Position numbers and translations under genes: made by a program. From the sequence record MW879344.1: a stretch of DNA of 64,000 nucleotides; one strand, 5' to 3'. The notes under the pieces were generated by a model. The model was not told the origin of the DNA and searched no databases. It saw nothing but the letters and a program-made list of their open reading frames with translations. Positions 35,034-45,552 of this stretch are shown piece after piece. Positions within the stretch are counted from its first letter, which is position 1. Each line of letters begins with the position of its first letter.

Positions 35034-35765
35034 ATGGTAGATCGTATTAAATTTGCAACTGAAATGGCGAACGAGTTGAACATGGCTAATTTTCAGTCTT
35101 TAACATCCGTAATGGCAGAATACGCAACTGCTGGTGCGGTAGATGGTGTTCAATGTGGTCAAGCTAATATGTTAGCTGATGTATATAGTACTTTAAGTAG
35201 TACACAATATTCAGTAAAAACATATAAGGATGACTTTGTTTCGTTATATATGAACGGTGTAGTTCAAGAAGAACGTAGATATACTGATCCAATTATTGAA
35301 CGTAGAGTAGCGGGAGTTTCTGATCCTAATGGAGAACCGCATATTGTACTTCAGGAAGTACTTCAAGATATTCGTGAGAATGAAGAAAAGAGTAAAGACT
35401 TTTACTGTGTGCAAAACACTGAGACTGTATTACTTGGATATAGTGAAGATGATCAATATTTCTATTTTAGATTGACCGAAATGCCATATGAATATGAACC
35501 TCCTGCTATAGTAGATGTAAAATACTTTACGGATCGTAGCAAGAACTTTAATAAACATGTTGGTAACCGTACATCAATTGTTGGTTTCAATGAAGATGGT
35601 ATTCAGATTTATGAATGGGTACATCCTAATAACCAAACATACACGAGATGTTTGAAGAAGCGTTATTGTTTAGAAGATGCTGATTCATTCTATTTCAAAA
35701 TAGAAAAACAATCATATTCACGTCCTGATAATTCAGTACTAATGGGTATGGTTCATATTTGCTAA
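35034..35765 (+). CDS. Hypothetical protein
   Basis: SD GGAG; terminator follows. Confidence 0.75.
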   Translation: MVDRIKFATEMANELNMANFQSLTSVMAEYATAGAVDGVQCGQANMLADVYSTLSSTQYSVKTYKDDFVSLYMNGVVQEERRYTDPIIERRVAGVSDPNGEPHIVLQEVLQDIRENEEKSKDFYCVQNTETVLLGYSEDDQYFYFRLTEMPYEYEPPAIVDVKYFTDRSKNFNKHVGNRTSIVGFNEDGIQIYEWVHPNNQTYTRCLKKRYCLEDADSFYFKIEKQSYSRPDNSVLMGMVHIC

Positions 35766-35812
35766 CTAAAATGCCCTGATAGTATCGGGGCATTATTTTA
35801 TCTGGAATATTC

Positions 35813-36106
35813 ATGATAGATTTAAACAAAACGGATTATGTAACTATACTAATAGAGGCAGCTAAAATTCTGGATGGAACTTTAGTACAAAAACCTACTG
35901 GTGAAGTAATTTATACATTAGAAACTGAAAAACCCAATAAAACATATACTTATAATGATTGGGGTAGATATGAAAAAGAATACGGAATGGTTTACTTGAA
36001 GCATGAAAATGGTGTATACTATTCTTATCCAAAGAATAAAATGTTAAAAGTTACTATTTACAAGTACGATTTACAAAAATATATTGACGAAACGTGCGAA
36101 TATTGA
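35813..36106 (+). CDS. Hypothetical protein
   Basis: ORF in gene-dense strand. Confidence 0.65.
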   Translation: MIDLNKTDYVTILIEAAKILDGTLVQKPTGEVIYTLETEKPNKTYTYNDWGRYEKEYGMVYLKHENGVYYSYPKNKMLKVTIYKYDLQKYIDETCEY

Positions 36107-36167
36107 TTGACATGGGCTGTCAATCGGTGATATGATGTACATCTACTTAATTACGAGAGATAAAGAA

Positions 36168-37328
36168 ATGACTAATAAAACCAGTACAGAAATCATGTTT
36201 GATGATCTGATGACCTTGACTGCAAAAAACGATGCGTTTATGTGGAAAGACTTCACCTCTGTAGGTGGTGGTACTTTTCGTATCTTCTCTTATCGTCTTG
36301 CGAGTTATTCTGACTTTTTAGAGCGAAATGCTTTAGAATGTCGTGGCAGTATGTTCCTAATTAATGAAGATTGTACATATAATCGTGTTGCATCTCGGAC
36401 TCCACAAAAGTTCTTTAATGCATATGAAAATCCGTTCACTATGTATGATAAAAGTATTCTTAGTAATGAGATTGCGATTGTTATGGATAAGCTTGACGGT
36501 TCTATTATTAGTACTTTCATGGATGTAGATTATATTGTCCGTACTAAATCACATGCATCTTTAAATTCTGATCATGCTTTTAACAGTACTGCATTGCTTC
36601 ATAAAGATAAAGAATTTTACGAAGAAGTATATCAGGCAGAAATTTGCGGATATACGGTTAATATGGAGTATACATCTCCAGAGTTCCGTATTGTTCTTCC
36701 ATATCAAGAAGATGGTTTAACAGTATTAAATTTACGTCATCGCCATGATGGAACGTTGTTAATCGGTAAAGAATTGGAAGCTACATTCCCATTACTTTAT
36801 GCCCGTTCTGTATTTGCGAAGTACGGTGAAATTGACAGTACTTTCCCAATGCGTGAAACATTGTATGAAAGTATTGAAGCAGTTCGCTCTATGACTGACA
36901 TTGAGGGATATGTATTGATCCTTAAAGATGGTCGTATGTGCAAGATTAAAACTGATTGGTACAGTGCATTACATTTTACTAAGGATAGTATTAATGTTGA
37001 TTCTCGTCTGTACGAAGCAGTAATTAATGGTGGTTCTGACGATTTAAAACAAATGTTCGGTACTGATTTGTACAGTATGAAAAAGATTGAAAAAATGGAA
37101 CAGCTTGTTTTTTCTTGCTATAATAAGCTAGTACATGATGTTGAAACGTTCGTAGAAGCGAACAAACACATGGAACGAAAAGACTATGCTTTAAAAGTTC
37201 AGGCAGAATTACCAAATGAGCTTGGAAAACCAGGTCTAGCATTTAGTCTTTATAATTCTAAGCCCGTAGATTATAAAGGTACGATGTTAAAATACATGAA
37301 GGAAGTCCTTAAAGATTTCGAAGTTTAA
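36168..37328 (+). CDS. rnlA: RNA ligase 1 (T4 RnlA-like)
   Basis: FRIFSYR, ECRG, KFFN, DKLDGS adenylation motif, EGYV..KIKTDWY. Confidence 0.92.
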   Translation: MTNKTSTEIMFDDLMTLTAKNDAFMWKDFTSVGGGTFRIFSYRLASYSDFLERNALECRGSMFLINEDCTYNRVASRTPQKFFNAYENPFTMYDKSILSNEIAIVMDKLDGSIISTFMDVDYIVRTKSHASLNSDHAFNSTALLHKDKEFYEEVYQAEICGYTVNMEYTSPEFRIVLPYQEDGLTVLNLRHRHDGTLLIGKELEATFPLLYARSVFAKYGEIDSTFPMRETLYESIEAVRSMTDIEGYVLILKDGRMCKIKTDWYSALHFTKDSINVDSRLYEAVINGGSDDLKQMFGTDLYSMKKIEKMEQLVFSCYNKLVHDVETFVEANKHMERKDYALKVQAELPNELGKPGLAFSLYNSKPVDYKGTMLKYMKEVLKDFEV

Positions 37329-37356
37329 GGACGTAATAGCCTAACAAGGAGTAGTG

Positions 37357-37593
37357 ATGGCTAAACCGAAGTATAATTCAAAGAAGGGCGATGTACGAAC
37401 TCCTGAAGAACATAGAAAAATATTAGAAGAAATTGACGCTTTGCAAAGTGAACGCTCAAGGAAAGGAGTTGTGAAAAGTGCAAAGCGTCTTAAAAATACT
37501 TTTGGTGTTAGTAGTACTATGTATAAGAAGGAACGTAAGCCAAAAAACAAAAAACCAAAGATTTATGATTTAGGAAGATATGCACGTGAATAA
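37357..37593 (+). CDS. Small basic hypothetical protein
   Basis: SD AGGAG. Confidence 0.7.
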   Translation: MAKPKYNSKKGDVRTPEEHRKILEEIDALQSERSRKGVVKSAKRLKNTFGVSSTMYKKERKPKNKKPKIYDLGRYARE

Positions 37594-37810
37594 TCCTCGT
37601 AGAATTGATCTTACAAAGGTTATGTACCATGAACGTGAATTTTATCTTATTCCATCTAGCGTCCTAACCGTTTATGATAAAATCGAAATGGTAAGATACG
37701 TTAAAGCAATTGGTGATACAGCCTTTATTGTCGATGACGAAATGTACTTCGATGAGGGAGCATATTTCAACTTGACGATGAAGTACTGTGACAAATACGT
37801 ATTCATCTAA
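37580..37810 (+). CDS. Hypothetical protein
   Basis: SD AGGA. Confidence 0.65.
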   Translation: MHVNNPRRIDLTKVMYHEREFYLIPSSVLTVYDKIEMVRYVKAIGDTAFIVDDEMYFDEGAYFNLTMKYCDKYVFI

Positions 37811-37822
37811 AAGGAGATTTCC

Positions 37823-38047
37823 ATGAAAGTAGAAGTAGAACATAGTATTATTCAAGACATGTCGGTAATTAAATTTTTATCTTTAAAAGATTATCACCGA
37901 GCACTTGACTTTTTAGATACGAATGGGTTATCATGGACACCTCTTAAATATAGTTCTCGCTTAGACACCGCTAGTATACGTGTCAGTGAGGGCGTATTAA
38001 ACATCATTACAAATAAATTTGGAATAGGAAAATCATGCCAACATTAA
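37823..38047 (+). CDS. Hypothetical protein
   Basis: SD AGGAG. Confidence 0.65.
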   Translation: MKVEVEHSIIQDMSVIKFLSLKDYHRALDFLDTNGLSWTPLKYSSRLDTASIRVSEGVLNIITNKFGIGKSCQH

Positions 38048-38961
38048 CAGTAACAGTAGGACTTCCAGGATGTGGTAAAACCACTTGGGCGAACGAGCAA
38101 GTACGTACCGCACGGTCTAAGACTGTGAACGTAAATCTTGATGACCTTCGCCAAACAATGGCTGGTTCCCATAGTAACTACAAGTTCCGTAAAGACAACG
38201 AACAGTACGTGCAAGACGCACAGTACAGTGCAGCGGAACATGCAGCAGCTAATAACTGGAACATCATTGTATCCGACACGAACTTGAATCCTACAGTTCG
38301 TGGAAAGTGGAAAGAATTTGCCAAAAAGCATAATTACACTTATAAAGAACAAAGCTTCTTAGAAGAATTCAAGAAAGATAAAACTTTCTCTCATGATTTC
38401 TTTGCAGTTAAAGGTTTTGTTAAACAGTGTAAAGACCGCAACCTTATGCGTGAGAAATCTGTACCAGAAGATGTAATTGATGGTATGGCTGAAAAGTACT
38501 TCTATAGTGCAATGAAGGTTCAGACACCAACTTTACAAGATTTGGAAGAAGCGATCATTGTAGATATTGATGGTACTCTTGCACATATGGACGGTAAACG
38601 TGGCCCATACGAAGAAAATAAAGTACTTGTAGATTCACCAGATCCTGAAGTAATTTTGTCAGTACTGGCTGAAAAGAACTATTTGAATCGTAAAGTGATC
38701 ATCATGAGTGGTCGTCATGAAACTTGTCAAGAAGATACTGAGGCGTGGTTGCAGAAGTACGGAGTTCCATACGATCATATCTTCATGCGTAAAGCTGATG
38801 ACAACCGTTCAGATGATATTGTAAAGTACGAACTTTACATGGAAAATGTACACAACAAATTCAAAGTTGTAAAAGTCTTTGATGATCGCGATCAGGTGGT
38901 CGTAATGTGGCGGCGTTTGTTGGGTCTTAAAGTTTATCAGGTTGGTTTTGGTAACTTCTAA
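38035..38961 (+). CDS. pseT: Polynucleotide 5'-kinase/3'-phosphatase
   Basis: P-loop GLPGCGKT; HAD DIDGT; SGR, RKADDNRSD, FDDRDQVV. Confidence 0.95.
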   Translation: MPTLTVTVGLPGCGKTTWANEQVRTARSKTVNVNLDDLRQTMAGSHSNYKFRKDNEQYVQDAQYSAAEHAAANNWNIIVSDTNLNPTVRGKWKEFAKKHNYTYKEQSFLEEFKKDKTFSHDFFAVKGFVKQCKDRNLMREKSVPEDVIDGMAEKYFYSAMKVQTPTLQDLEEAIIVDIDGTLAHMDGKRGPYEENKVLVDSPDPEVILSVLAEKNYLNRKVIIMSGRHETCQEDTEAWLQKYGVPYDHIFMRKADDNRSDDIVKYELYMENVHNKFKVVKVFDDRDQVVVMWRRLLGLKVYQVGFGNF

Positions 38962-39015
38962 TATAAAGGGGATAGAAATATCCCCTATTTTAATTAAGAT
39001 AAAGGAGATTGTACT

Positions 39016-39213
39016 ATGTCAGTTAGTGTTATATATAGAATTAAAAAACTAAATCATGTAGATGATTATGATATTATTATCCATGAAGATAATTATTACT
39101 TTGAAAAAGGTACTACCCTTGTTCATGGTGGCGGTATTAGAGAAGTACTTGAACTAAAATATCCAACTGATAAGTTCAGAATTAATGTAGAAATTGCCAT
39201 TCATAGGGGTTAA
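39016..39213 (+). CDS. Hypothetical protein
   Basis: SD AGGAG. Confidence 0.65.
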   Translation: MSVSVIYRIKKLNHVDDYDIIIHEDNYYFEKGTTLVHGGGIREVLELKYPTDKFRINVEIAIHRG

Positions 39214-39217
39214 ATTA

Positions 39218-39478
39218 ATGTATACTATACAAGATAAAATGCTTATTAGAAGTATTGGTGATTTGATTATTTCAGATCCATCAATGTTTAAAACTATTTG
39301 CATTGGTGAAAATGTAACTACTATATTTCCACCAATGAAAGATTTAGTAGAGTATTTGTATAGTACTGATTATTTTGATTTAATTACTATTAAAAGTTTA
39401 GTTGATGATATTGATGATATATCTATTCGTAATATATTCCAATCAGCTATACGACAATGGAATAATTCTAATGGGTGA
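39218..39478 (+). CDS. Hypothetical protein
   Basis: SD AGGGG before MYTIQDK. Confidence 0.6.
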   Translation: MYTIQDKMLIRSIGDLIISDPSMFKTICIGENVTTIFPPMKDLVEYLYSTDYFDLITIKSLVDDIDDISIRNIFQSAIRQWNNSNG

Positions 39479-39671
39479 TGTTATACATATAAAAACCAAA
39501 ACACGTTGTCAAATATGTGGCGATGGTTATGCAGATGAAAATTTCATGATTGGTAGATGTTGTGGGCTTCCATTAATTGAAGTACCTTACACAAAAGAAG
39601 ATTATGAAAATGATCGTATTAGGCAAGAAATAATTCAAGATATTATGAATAAAAAATTTGATTGGGATTAA
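39471..39671 (+). CDS. Small protein with Cys pairs
   Basis: CQICG..RCCG. Confidence 0.6.
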   Translation: MGDVIHIKTKTRCQICGDGYADENFMIGRCCGLPLIEVPYTKEDYENDRIRQEIIQDIMNKKFDWD

Positions 39672-39674
39672 AAT

Positions 39675-39878
39675 ATGCTTAGAACTATCTATCTATTTTA
39701 TTACACCAGCTATGAAATAGTAGATCATGATGAAGATGGTGCAGTATATTCAAATGAACGTAACGATTTAGGAGCGTTCTACGATTTTCAAACAGGATTA
39801 GAGTACTATCAACATATGTACCCTAGTAAACAAATACAATATCAAACTATCCAGATAATGGATTCAATTGAGGAATAA
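39675..39878 (+). CDS. Hypothetical protein
   Basis: Contiguous ORF. Confidence 0.6.
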   Translation: MLRTIYLFYYTSYEIVDHDEDGAVYSNERNDLGAFYDFQTGLEYYQHMYPSKQIQYQTIQIMDSIEE

Positions 39879-39880
39879 TT

Positions 39881-40048
39881 ATGGGCTTTATTGCTTTTCT
39901 AATTTGGCTTTTTCTGATGGTGATTACCTTCATTAAAGCACGTGACTTCGGTCGTTCTAAGCTACTATGGGTTATTATTGGTTTAGTACTATCACCAATT
40001 CTAGCACTTATCGGTCTACTAATTTTGGGGAAATCTGATGACAATTGA
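39881..40048 (+). CDS. Small membrane protein (55 aa, not in ORF track)
   Basis: SD GAGGA; two TM segments, ARDFGRSKLLW..GLVLSPILALI. Confidence 0.6.
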   Translation: MGFIAFLIWLFLMVITFIKARDFGRSKLLWVIIGLVLSPILALIGLLILGKSDDN

Positions 40049-40439
40049 AATTAAACTAAACGATAAAACATATGAACTTCCAACTGATATTGATATTATG
40101 GATGAACCAGATGATGAACGTGTCATTAAACTAAGCCTTACTCGTGAAGGTATGACTGAAGGTATCTGGATCGTTATTCATGAAAAAGACCTAGAAGATT
40201 ATCAGAATAATGTAGTAGATGAAGAATATACCCGCGTATGCTCTCTATCTAATCATGCAGTTTGTGGTATTCCTTGGGGTGCATATGTTCCTTATAAACT
40301 TCAGGGTGGTGATCGACCGATTGCAGTATTTGAAGATATTATCAATACTGAAACTGATGAAGTCTTTTTCCCTGCTAAAGTACTAGCAGCTTACAAAGAA
40401 GCAAATCCAGAATCTGAAGAAGATTCAGAAGAAGAATAA
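40038..40439 (+). CDS. Hypothetical acidic protein
   Basis: EGIW..GIPWG; terminator follows. Confidence 0.75.
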   Translation: MTIEIKLNDKTYELPTDIDIMDEPDDERVIKLSLTREGMTEGIWIVIHEKDLEDYQNNVVDEEYTRVCSLSNHAVCGIPWGAYVPYKLQGGDRPIAVFEDIINTETDEVFFPAKVLAAYKEANPESEEDSEEE

Positions 40440-40486
40440 AGTAACATTCTAGCCGGAGAGATCCGGCTTTTTCTATAGGTATAGAT

Positions 40487-40840
40487 ATGAGCGAAAGACA
40501 ATTTGGTGGATACCAACGAGAACTAGAACTTCATGGTAGAATCGACAATTCAGATTCACGTGAATCATTTTATAGCAACTTAATGGTAATTTATGAACTA
40601 GTAGTAGATTTTGATGATGATTATTGGGAAGATGATGAAGATGCAGATCCCAATGACATGTTCAGAAATTACACATCATTAACTCCTGAAGTACTAGAAC
40701 ATATTCGTACTGGAATTAAAATCGATGGCGAAAGTGCTAGTGGTGAAATTGATTTCATGTTTGATATGTTAGAAGGGGGTGACATGAATGATTCATTCGG
40801 AACAGAAGGTTGGCGTCATCGTTTGGGATGGGATGAATGA
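40487..40840 (+). CDS. Hypothetical acidic protein
   Basis: SD AGGT. Confidence 0.7.
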   Translation: MSERQFGGYQRELELHGRIDNSDSRESFYSNLMVIYELVVDFDDDYWEDDEDADPNDMFRNYTSLTPEVLEHIRTGIKIDGESASGEIDFMFDMLEGGDMNDSFGTEGWRHRLGWDE

Positions 40841-41046
40841 CAGTACTTTCTATTGTATGCATCGTATATTGTATCGGTGCTCTACTAACATTTATAGTCG
40901 GTGGCTATGTATCAGGTTCATTTAAAGATGGAATATTTGGTATAATTTTCGCTGCCGCTTTTGCATTCTTTTGGTTCTATACTATTCCTGCAATGTTCTA
41001 TGAAGAATATGGTAGAGAACAAAGGAAGAAACGGAGAAAGAAATGA
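40837..41046 (+). CDS. Small membrane protein
   Basis: ATGA overlap; two TM segments. Confidence 0.65.
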   Translation: MTVLSIVCIVYCIGALLTFIVGGYVSGSFKDGIFGIIFAAAFAFFWFYTIPAMFYEEYGREQRKKRRKK

Positions 41047-41285
41047 AAAAATTATTAGCAGTATTAGTATTGGCATTTACCATAACTGGTTGTGATGGTA
41101 GTGCGGAAGACCGCACAGGAAATTATACATTACCATCTGGATTACAAGACTGTCAAATATATCGTCTTGCAGCAGATGGTATTGGAAAAACTTTATATGT
41201 AGTACGTTGTCCTAATTCAAACACATCAACTACCTTTAGTTCTGGAAAAAATGACTCCACTACTGTCTCAAATATTGGAGGTTAA
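41043..41285 (+). CDS. Putative lipoprotein
   Basis: Signal peptide with lipobox ITGC. Confidence 0.7.
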   Translation: MKKLLAVLVLAFTITGCDGSAEDRTGNYTLPSGLQDCQIYRLAADGIGKTLYVVRCPNSNTSTTFSSGKNDSTTVSNIGG

Positions 41286-41286
41286 T

Positions 41287-41643
41287 ATGTCTAAAGTTTA
41301 TGTAGCACTTGATGGTACTGAATTTAGTACAAAGGAAGCAGTATTAGAATACCAAAAGCTATCTGAATTAGCAGGTGTTGAATATACTGAAAAACGTAAA
41401 GAATTTTTAATTCTTCGAAATCTATCATTAAATGCATTGGATGCAGTACTTCAGTTTCAAGAAGAATGTCCACATGAATATGTAACTCTTAAAGCATGTT
41501 CAGATACTGGAAATTATGATCGTTCTCAAGATTCATATTGGTATGAAATACGCTGTAAATGTTGTGAAAAATATTGGACAGAAGATCAGTCAGATTCTCA
41601 ATATAGAGGTTCTAGTGATTCTAAAGTTGAAAGGATACGATAA
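41287..41643 (+). CDS. Hypothetical protein with Cys cluster
   Basis: SD GGAGG; CPH..CKCC. Confidence 0.7.
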   Translation: MSKVYVALDGTEFSTKEAVLEYQKLSELAGVEYTEKRKEFLILRNLSLNALDAVLQFQEECPHEYVTLKACSDTGNYDRSQDSYWYEIRCKCCEKYWTEDQSDSQYRGSSDSKVERIR

Positions 41644-41894
41644 TGATTGTAGCAATGCATATTACAAGTGAATCGTGTGATCACTATTTGGAATTATTTG
41701 TTGATAAAACAGTAGAGCAAATAAAAGAAGAATTATATGACAATATGGAAATGTATGAACCAGTTAGTGATTATGCAGTAACCTTTGATGATAGTACTAC
41801 AAAATCTGAAAGAAAAGAAGTAAATGATATGCTATCAGATTGGTATGATGATTCATGGAATCGGGATGAAGATGACGGTGATGAAGATGAATAA
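41643..41894 (+). CDS. Hypothetical acidic protein
   Basis: TAATG coupling. Confidence 0.65.
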   Translation: MIVAMHITSESCDHYLELFVDKTVEQIKEELYDNMEMYEPVSDYAVTFDDSTTKSERKEVNDMLSDWYDDSWNRDEDDGDEDE

Positions 41895-42141
41895 AGAAAA
41901 GGTAGGAATAGAATTCACTCTACTTAATAGTTGGGAAGGGTGGGATGAACATGGTGTAGCTGATTTATATTTTTATGATGTAAAGCTAAAGCCAGAAGTA
42001 TTTGGTGAAGATTTTCTTAAACAATACGAAGGTAAGAAAATGGATTTAGGTATGTACCTTTCTATTTCAGTTATTGAAGTATATGTGGAAGGTGAAGATG
42101 AACCAGTACTAATTAAAGACGTGAAGTTGAGTCTAATCTGA
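41887..42141 (+). CDS. Hypothetical protein
   Basis: Overlaps upstream stop. Confidence 0.65.
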   Translation: MNKEKVGIEFTLLNSWEGWDEHGVADLYFYDVKLKPEVFGEDFLKQYEGKKMDLGMYLSISVIEVYVEGEDEPVLIKDVKLSLI

Positions 42142-42174
42142 GTCGTAGACTCAGTTTTAATTGAGGAAATAATA

Positions 42175-42771
42175 ATGAACAAAGAACAAATTGAACAAGA
42201 GATTTCTGATTTAACAAACCGTAATACTGAAATTCGTACAATTATCAATCCATATGAAACTGAATTAAGTTCTAATTGGGAACGTATAGAACGTTTAAAT
42301 GATCGTTTAAGTGCTATTGTTTCCTCTCAGTTGGAAACGGAAGAAGAACAAATCCCTTACTTCTTACAGGCAGAAAATGGCATGGAACACTACCGTAAGA
42401 GTCAACAATTTTTTGATTCTATGGGTTTCATGAGTAGCGGTTATTACCCTGAAACAAATCAAAAATGTTTGCAAATTGTCTTGTATAAAGACCGTTGTCG
42501 TGATACAATGATGAAAGATTCAATCAAAAAAGTACTTCCATTTATTTTACCTGCTCAAGATGATACAGTAGGTGAGGTAAAACGGTTTGGTTTATTTGAA
42601 CATACTCTTTCAGAAGGTGGATCTTATAATGTTCGTTATGTTGTAAGTACTGGTGAATGGCAATTAACCATAATGCGTTGGAGTCGGTTTAGTGTAGTAT
42701 ATTATAATACTGATTTAGATGCATTTATTGAATATTGTTCACAGAATCATTATTATACGGAAGAATATTAA
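42175..42771 (+). CDS. Hypothetical protein with N-terminal coiled coil
   Basis: SD GAGG. Confidence 0.8.
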   Translation: MNKEQIEQEISDLTNRNTEIRTIINPYETELSSNWERIERLNDRLSAIVSSQLETEEEQIPYFLQAENGMEHYRKSQQFFDSMGFMSSGYYPETNQKCLQIVLYKDRCRDTMMKDSIKKVLPFILPAQDDTVGEVKRFGLFEHTLSEGGSYNVRYVVSTGEWQLTIMRWSRFSVVYYNTDLDAFIEYCSQNHYYTEEY

Positions 42772-42772
42772 T

Positions 42773-43024
42773 ATGATATTATTTGCTATTCTATATTCAA
42801 TAGGTTTTATTTTTACTATTTTGTATTATATTGTTTATAACATAAATTGTGTCGAGAATGGAGAAGTTTCATTCAGTGATATTATTTTTTGTTCAGTACT
42901 ATCATCAGTTGGATGGTTGTTAGTTCCAATGATTGGATTGGCTGAATTAATTGAAAAAAATTATGGTGAAGGTATTAGTAAATTTTTTAATACTCCACTA
43001 TTTAAATCTAAGGATGTAACATGA
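42773..43024 (+). CDS. Membrane protein
   Basis: Two TM segments. Confidence 0.65.
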   Translation: MILFAILYSIGFIFTILYYIVYNINCVENGEVSFSDIIFCSVLSSVGWLLVPMIGLAELIEKNYGEGISKFFNTPLFKSKDVT

Positions 43025-43800
43025 GTCATGTAAAAGTTCTGGATATTCCAGATGAAAAAAATGTTTACATCATTGGTGATATTCACGGTAATTTTGATTT
43101 ATTTCAAAAAACGCTGCACGAAATAGGAATCACCGATGATGATGTACTAATTAGCGTTGGTGACCTAGTTGATAGAGGTCGCAATAATGCAAAAATGCTA
43201 TTTGAGTTTTTGAATAAAGAAAATAGACATATGGTACTTGGAAATCACGAAGATATGATGATGCGTGGGCGTACTAGTAGAGAATGGTATTTCAACTGGT
43301 TGCAAAACGGTGGACAAACAACATTAGATGAAATTGGTGCACCAGGTATCGACCATTTCTGTACTTTATTAGAAGATGTTCCACATTTAATTGAAGTAAA
43401 CCATCGTGGATATAAATTAGGTATTGCACATGCGGGAATACCACATTATCCAAGTATTAATGATTGGGAAACTATTAAACAATGGACTGAAGATAATGGT
43501 GAATATCGTTATCAACTTCTATGGGATCGTGATGCAATTCAAATGGCAAGATATGATTTTGAACTTTCTGAAAAAGAAAAATTAGAACGTATCGTGGCTG
43601 GGGTTGATTATGTAATTCATGGTCATACTGGTGTTCCACACAAAGTTGCTTTTGGTAATCGTGTGTGGATTGATACTCAATTCCGTAGTGGTCAATTTAC
43701 TATTGCAACAATGGACGATGATCATCTGATGAAGTACTATACTATAGTTCCAGATGAATGGGGTTCAGATGTTGGTTATGAAATAAGGGAAACAAAATAA
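43021..43800 (+). CDS. Ser/Thr protein phosphatase (PphA/NinI-like metallophosphoesterase)
   Basis: GDIHG, GDLVDRG, GNHE, HAG, HGHT..IDT. Confidence 0.9.
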   Translation: MSHVKVLDIPDEKNVYIIGDIHGNFDLFQKTLHEIGITDDDVLISVGDLVDRGRNNAKMLFEFLNKENRHMVLGNHEDMMMRGRTSREWYFNWLQNGGQTTLDEIGAPGIDHFCTLLEDVPHLIEVNHRGYKLGIAHAGIPHYPSINDWETIKQWTEDNGEYRYQLLWDRDAIQMARYDFELSEKEKLERIVAGVDYVIHGHTGVPHKVAFGNRVWIDTQFRSGQFTIATMDDDHLMKYYTIVPDEWGSDVGYEIRETK

Positions 43801-44282
43801 TGCGTTTATACAGTATCACAAATATGTATACCGATGGAATTCATGCAGGTATTCAAACACAGCATAGTACAGTAAGACTATTTGTAAAATATGACAAATC
43901 TAGAGGTGATTATTTCCCACAAGAAGATATGTTATATGATTGGGCATATGATCATGAAACTACTGTAGTACTAAATGGTGGTATGCATGATTCACTTATG
44001 GAAGTACTAAATCAATTGCAAGAATGGGAACGCCATAATGCAAATGAAGTACTACCATTTGCTCCATTTTTTGAACCAGGTATTAATAATGCATTAACTA
44101 GTATCAGTATTATTATGCCACAAGATGCAATTGATTTTATGTCTGAAATTCGTGCAAAGAAACCACGAAATGATGTTATGACTCCAGAGTATACAGAGTT
44201 GTATCATAATATTCATGTAGCTTACGGGCGTCATGCATTTAAACTATTTGAACTAGTTGCATTCCTACCACTTGCAAAATAA
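43800..44282 (+). CDS. Peptidyl-tRNA hydrolase 2-like phage protein
   Basis: GIHAGIQTQH..W..DHETTVVLNGG..FFEPGINNALTSI. Confidence 0.55.
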   Translation: MRLYSITNMYTDGIHAGIQTQHSTVRLFVKYDKSRGDYFPQEDMLYDWAYDHETTVVLNGGMHDSLMEVLNQLQEWERHNANEVLPFAPFFEPGINNALTSISIIMPQDAIDFMSEIRAKKPRNDVMTPEYTELYHNIHVAYGRHAFKLFELVAFLPLAK

Positions 44283-44292
44283 GGTAAATCAA

Positions 44293-45525
44293 ATGAGTAC
44301 TAAAATTCCTGAGAAGTTTTATGTTTCGCGTGTATATCGTAGTGCAGAAGAAATTCTAGGTTTCATGGTTGTGGCTGATAATGAAAGTACTAAAACTTTC
44401 CAGAAAGCCAAAGAAAGGGCTGATGGATGGACACGACATAATAAGAATCCGCTGGATGCTATCTATGTGGACAACAAACCACGTTCTGGTTTCCGTTTAG
44501 TTACAAATGTAAGTCGTTATAGTACTTCCAATGTGGTATGGCGTATTATGCACCCTGAAGGTTTTGAATTTGAAATCACTTCTGATAACATGTGTGATCT
44601 TTTAGAAACTAATACTATTGTTGAAGGTGAATTCCAAGATGAATTATTCTTCACACACAATCGTAAATTAGTTAATCAGAAGACTAAACTCTTTGCTGAA
44701 ATGATTCGCCAAGAAGAAAAGAAAAAAGCCACAATTGAGAAAGTTAAAGAACTAGAACCTGGATGTTTAATTAGTGTACCGAATCAGTACAGTTATCGTA
44801 ATCCACCACCGCCACCAGATAAGTATGTGTATTGTGGTAAGTTCCATTCTATTACAGTTAATCGTAATAAGCCTATGGTTCTTGGTGCAAAAAGCTCACT
44901 ACGTTATGTGGTTCGTGAAGTTAGTACTGGTAATTATTACTGTCTATCTAAAATTTCTGATGCATTTACCCCACTTGAACATTATGCAGATATTGATCGT
45001 GAAAAAGTCATTAATGAATTTAATGAACAAATCCGCAGTGATAAAGTTCAAATTGTACGTTATTATCAATCTGGTTATGTTGATAATGCAATTGAACCTT
45101 TGTTAATTAATGATAAGCCATTTACAAAAGATAAATTAAAAATGGAATTCATTAAACAACCTATGAAAGATATTTCAGTAATTGATGATACAAAAATCTA
45201 TGTTTATAATGAACAACGAGTTTTTGGATTCGGACTTATGAATAATGGTGGTCATTGGTATGTTAGCACAGATAAAAATGCGTACAGTAATCATAGCATG
45301 GTAGCTTCTAAACTATTAGTATATCCAATTTCTTCTATTAATGAACAAAATGTTCCACAAATCTCAGTGGATTTATCTGAACATAAAGGAATTGATCATT
45401 ATAGTAGTAGTGGTAATGTATTTGGTGTACGTGATCGTTATGGTCGTAGTGGTAGTAAACCAGAACTACGTCACGTTGATATTCCAGAAAACATTGAAGT
45501 AGGATATTACACACTAGGGGAATAA
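44293..45525 (+). CDS. Hypothetical protein (410 aa)
   Basis: SD AAGG before MSTKIP. Confidence 0.85.
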   Translation: MSTKIPEKFYVSRVYRSAEEILGFMVVADNESTKTFQKAKERADGWTRHNKNPLDAIYVDNKPRSGFRLVTNVSRYSTSNVVWRIMHPEGFEFEITSDNMCDLLETNTIVEGEFQDELFFTHNRKLVNQKTKLFAEMIRQEEKKKATIEKVKELEPGCLISVPNQYSYRNPPPPPDKYVYCGKFHSITVNRNKPMVLGAKSSLRYVVREVSTGNYYCLSKISDAFTPLEHYADIDREKVINEFNEQIRSDKVQIVRYYQSGYVDNAIEPLLINDKPFTKDKLKMEFIKQPMKDISVIDDTKIYVYNEQRVFGFGLMNNGGHWYVSTDKNAYSNHSMVASKLLVYPISSINEQNVPQISVDLSEHKGIDHYSSSGNVFGVRDRYGRSGSKPELRHVDIPENIEVGYYTLGE

Positions 45526-45552
45526 TATTCCCCACCGTTATAAGGAAATAAC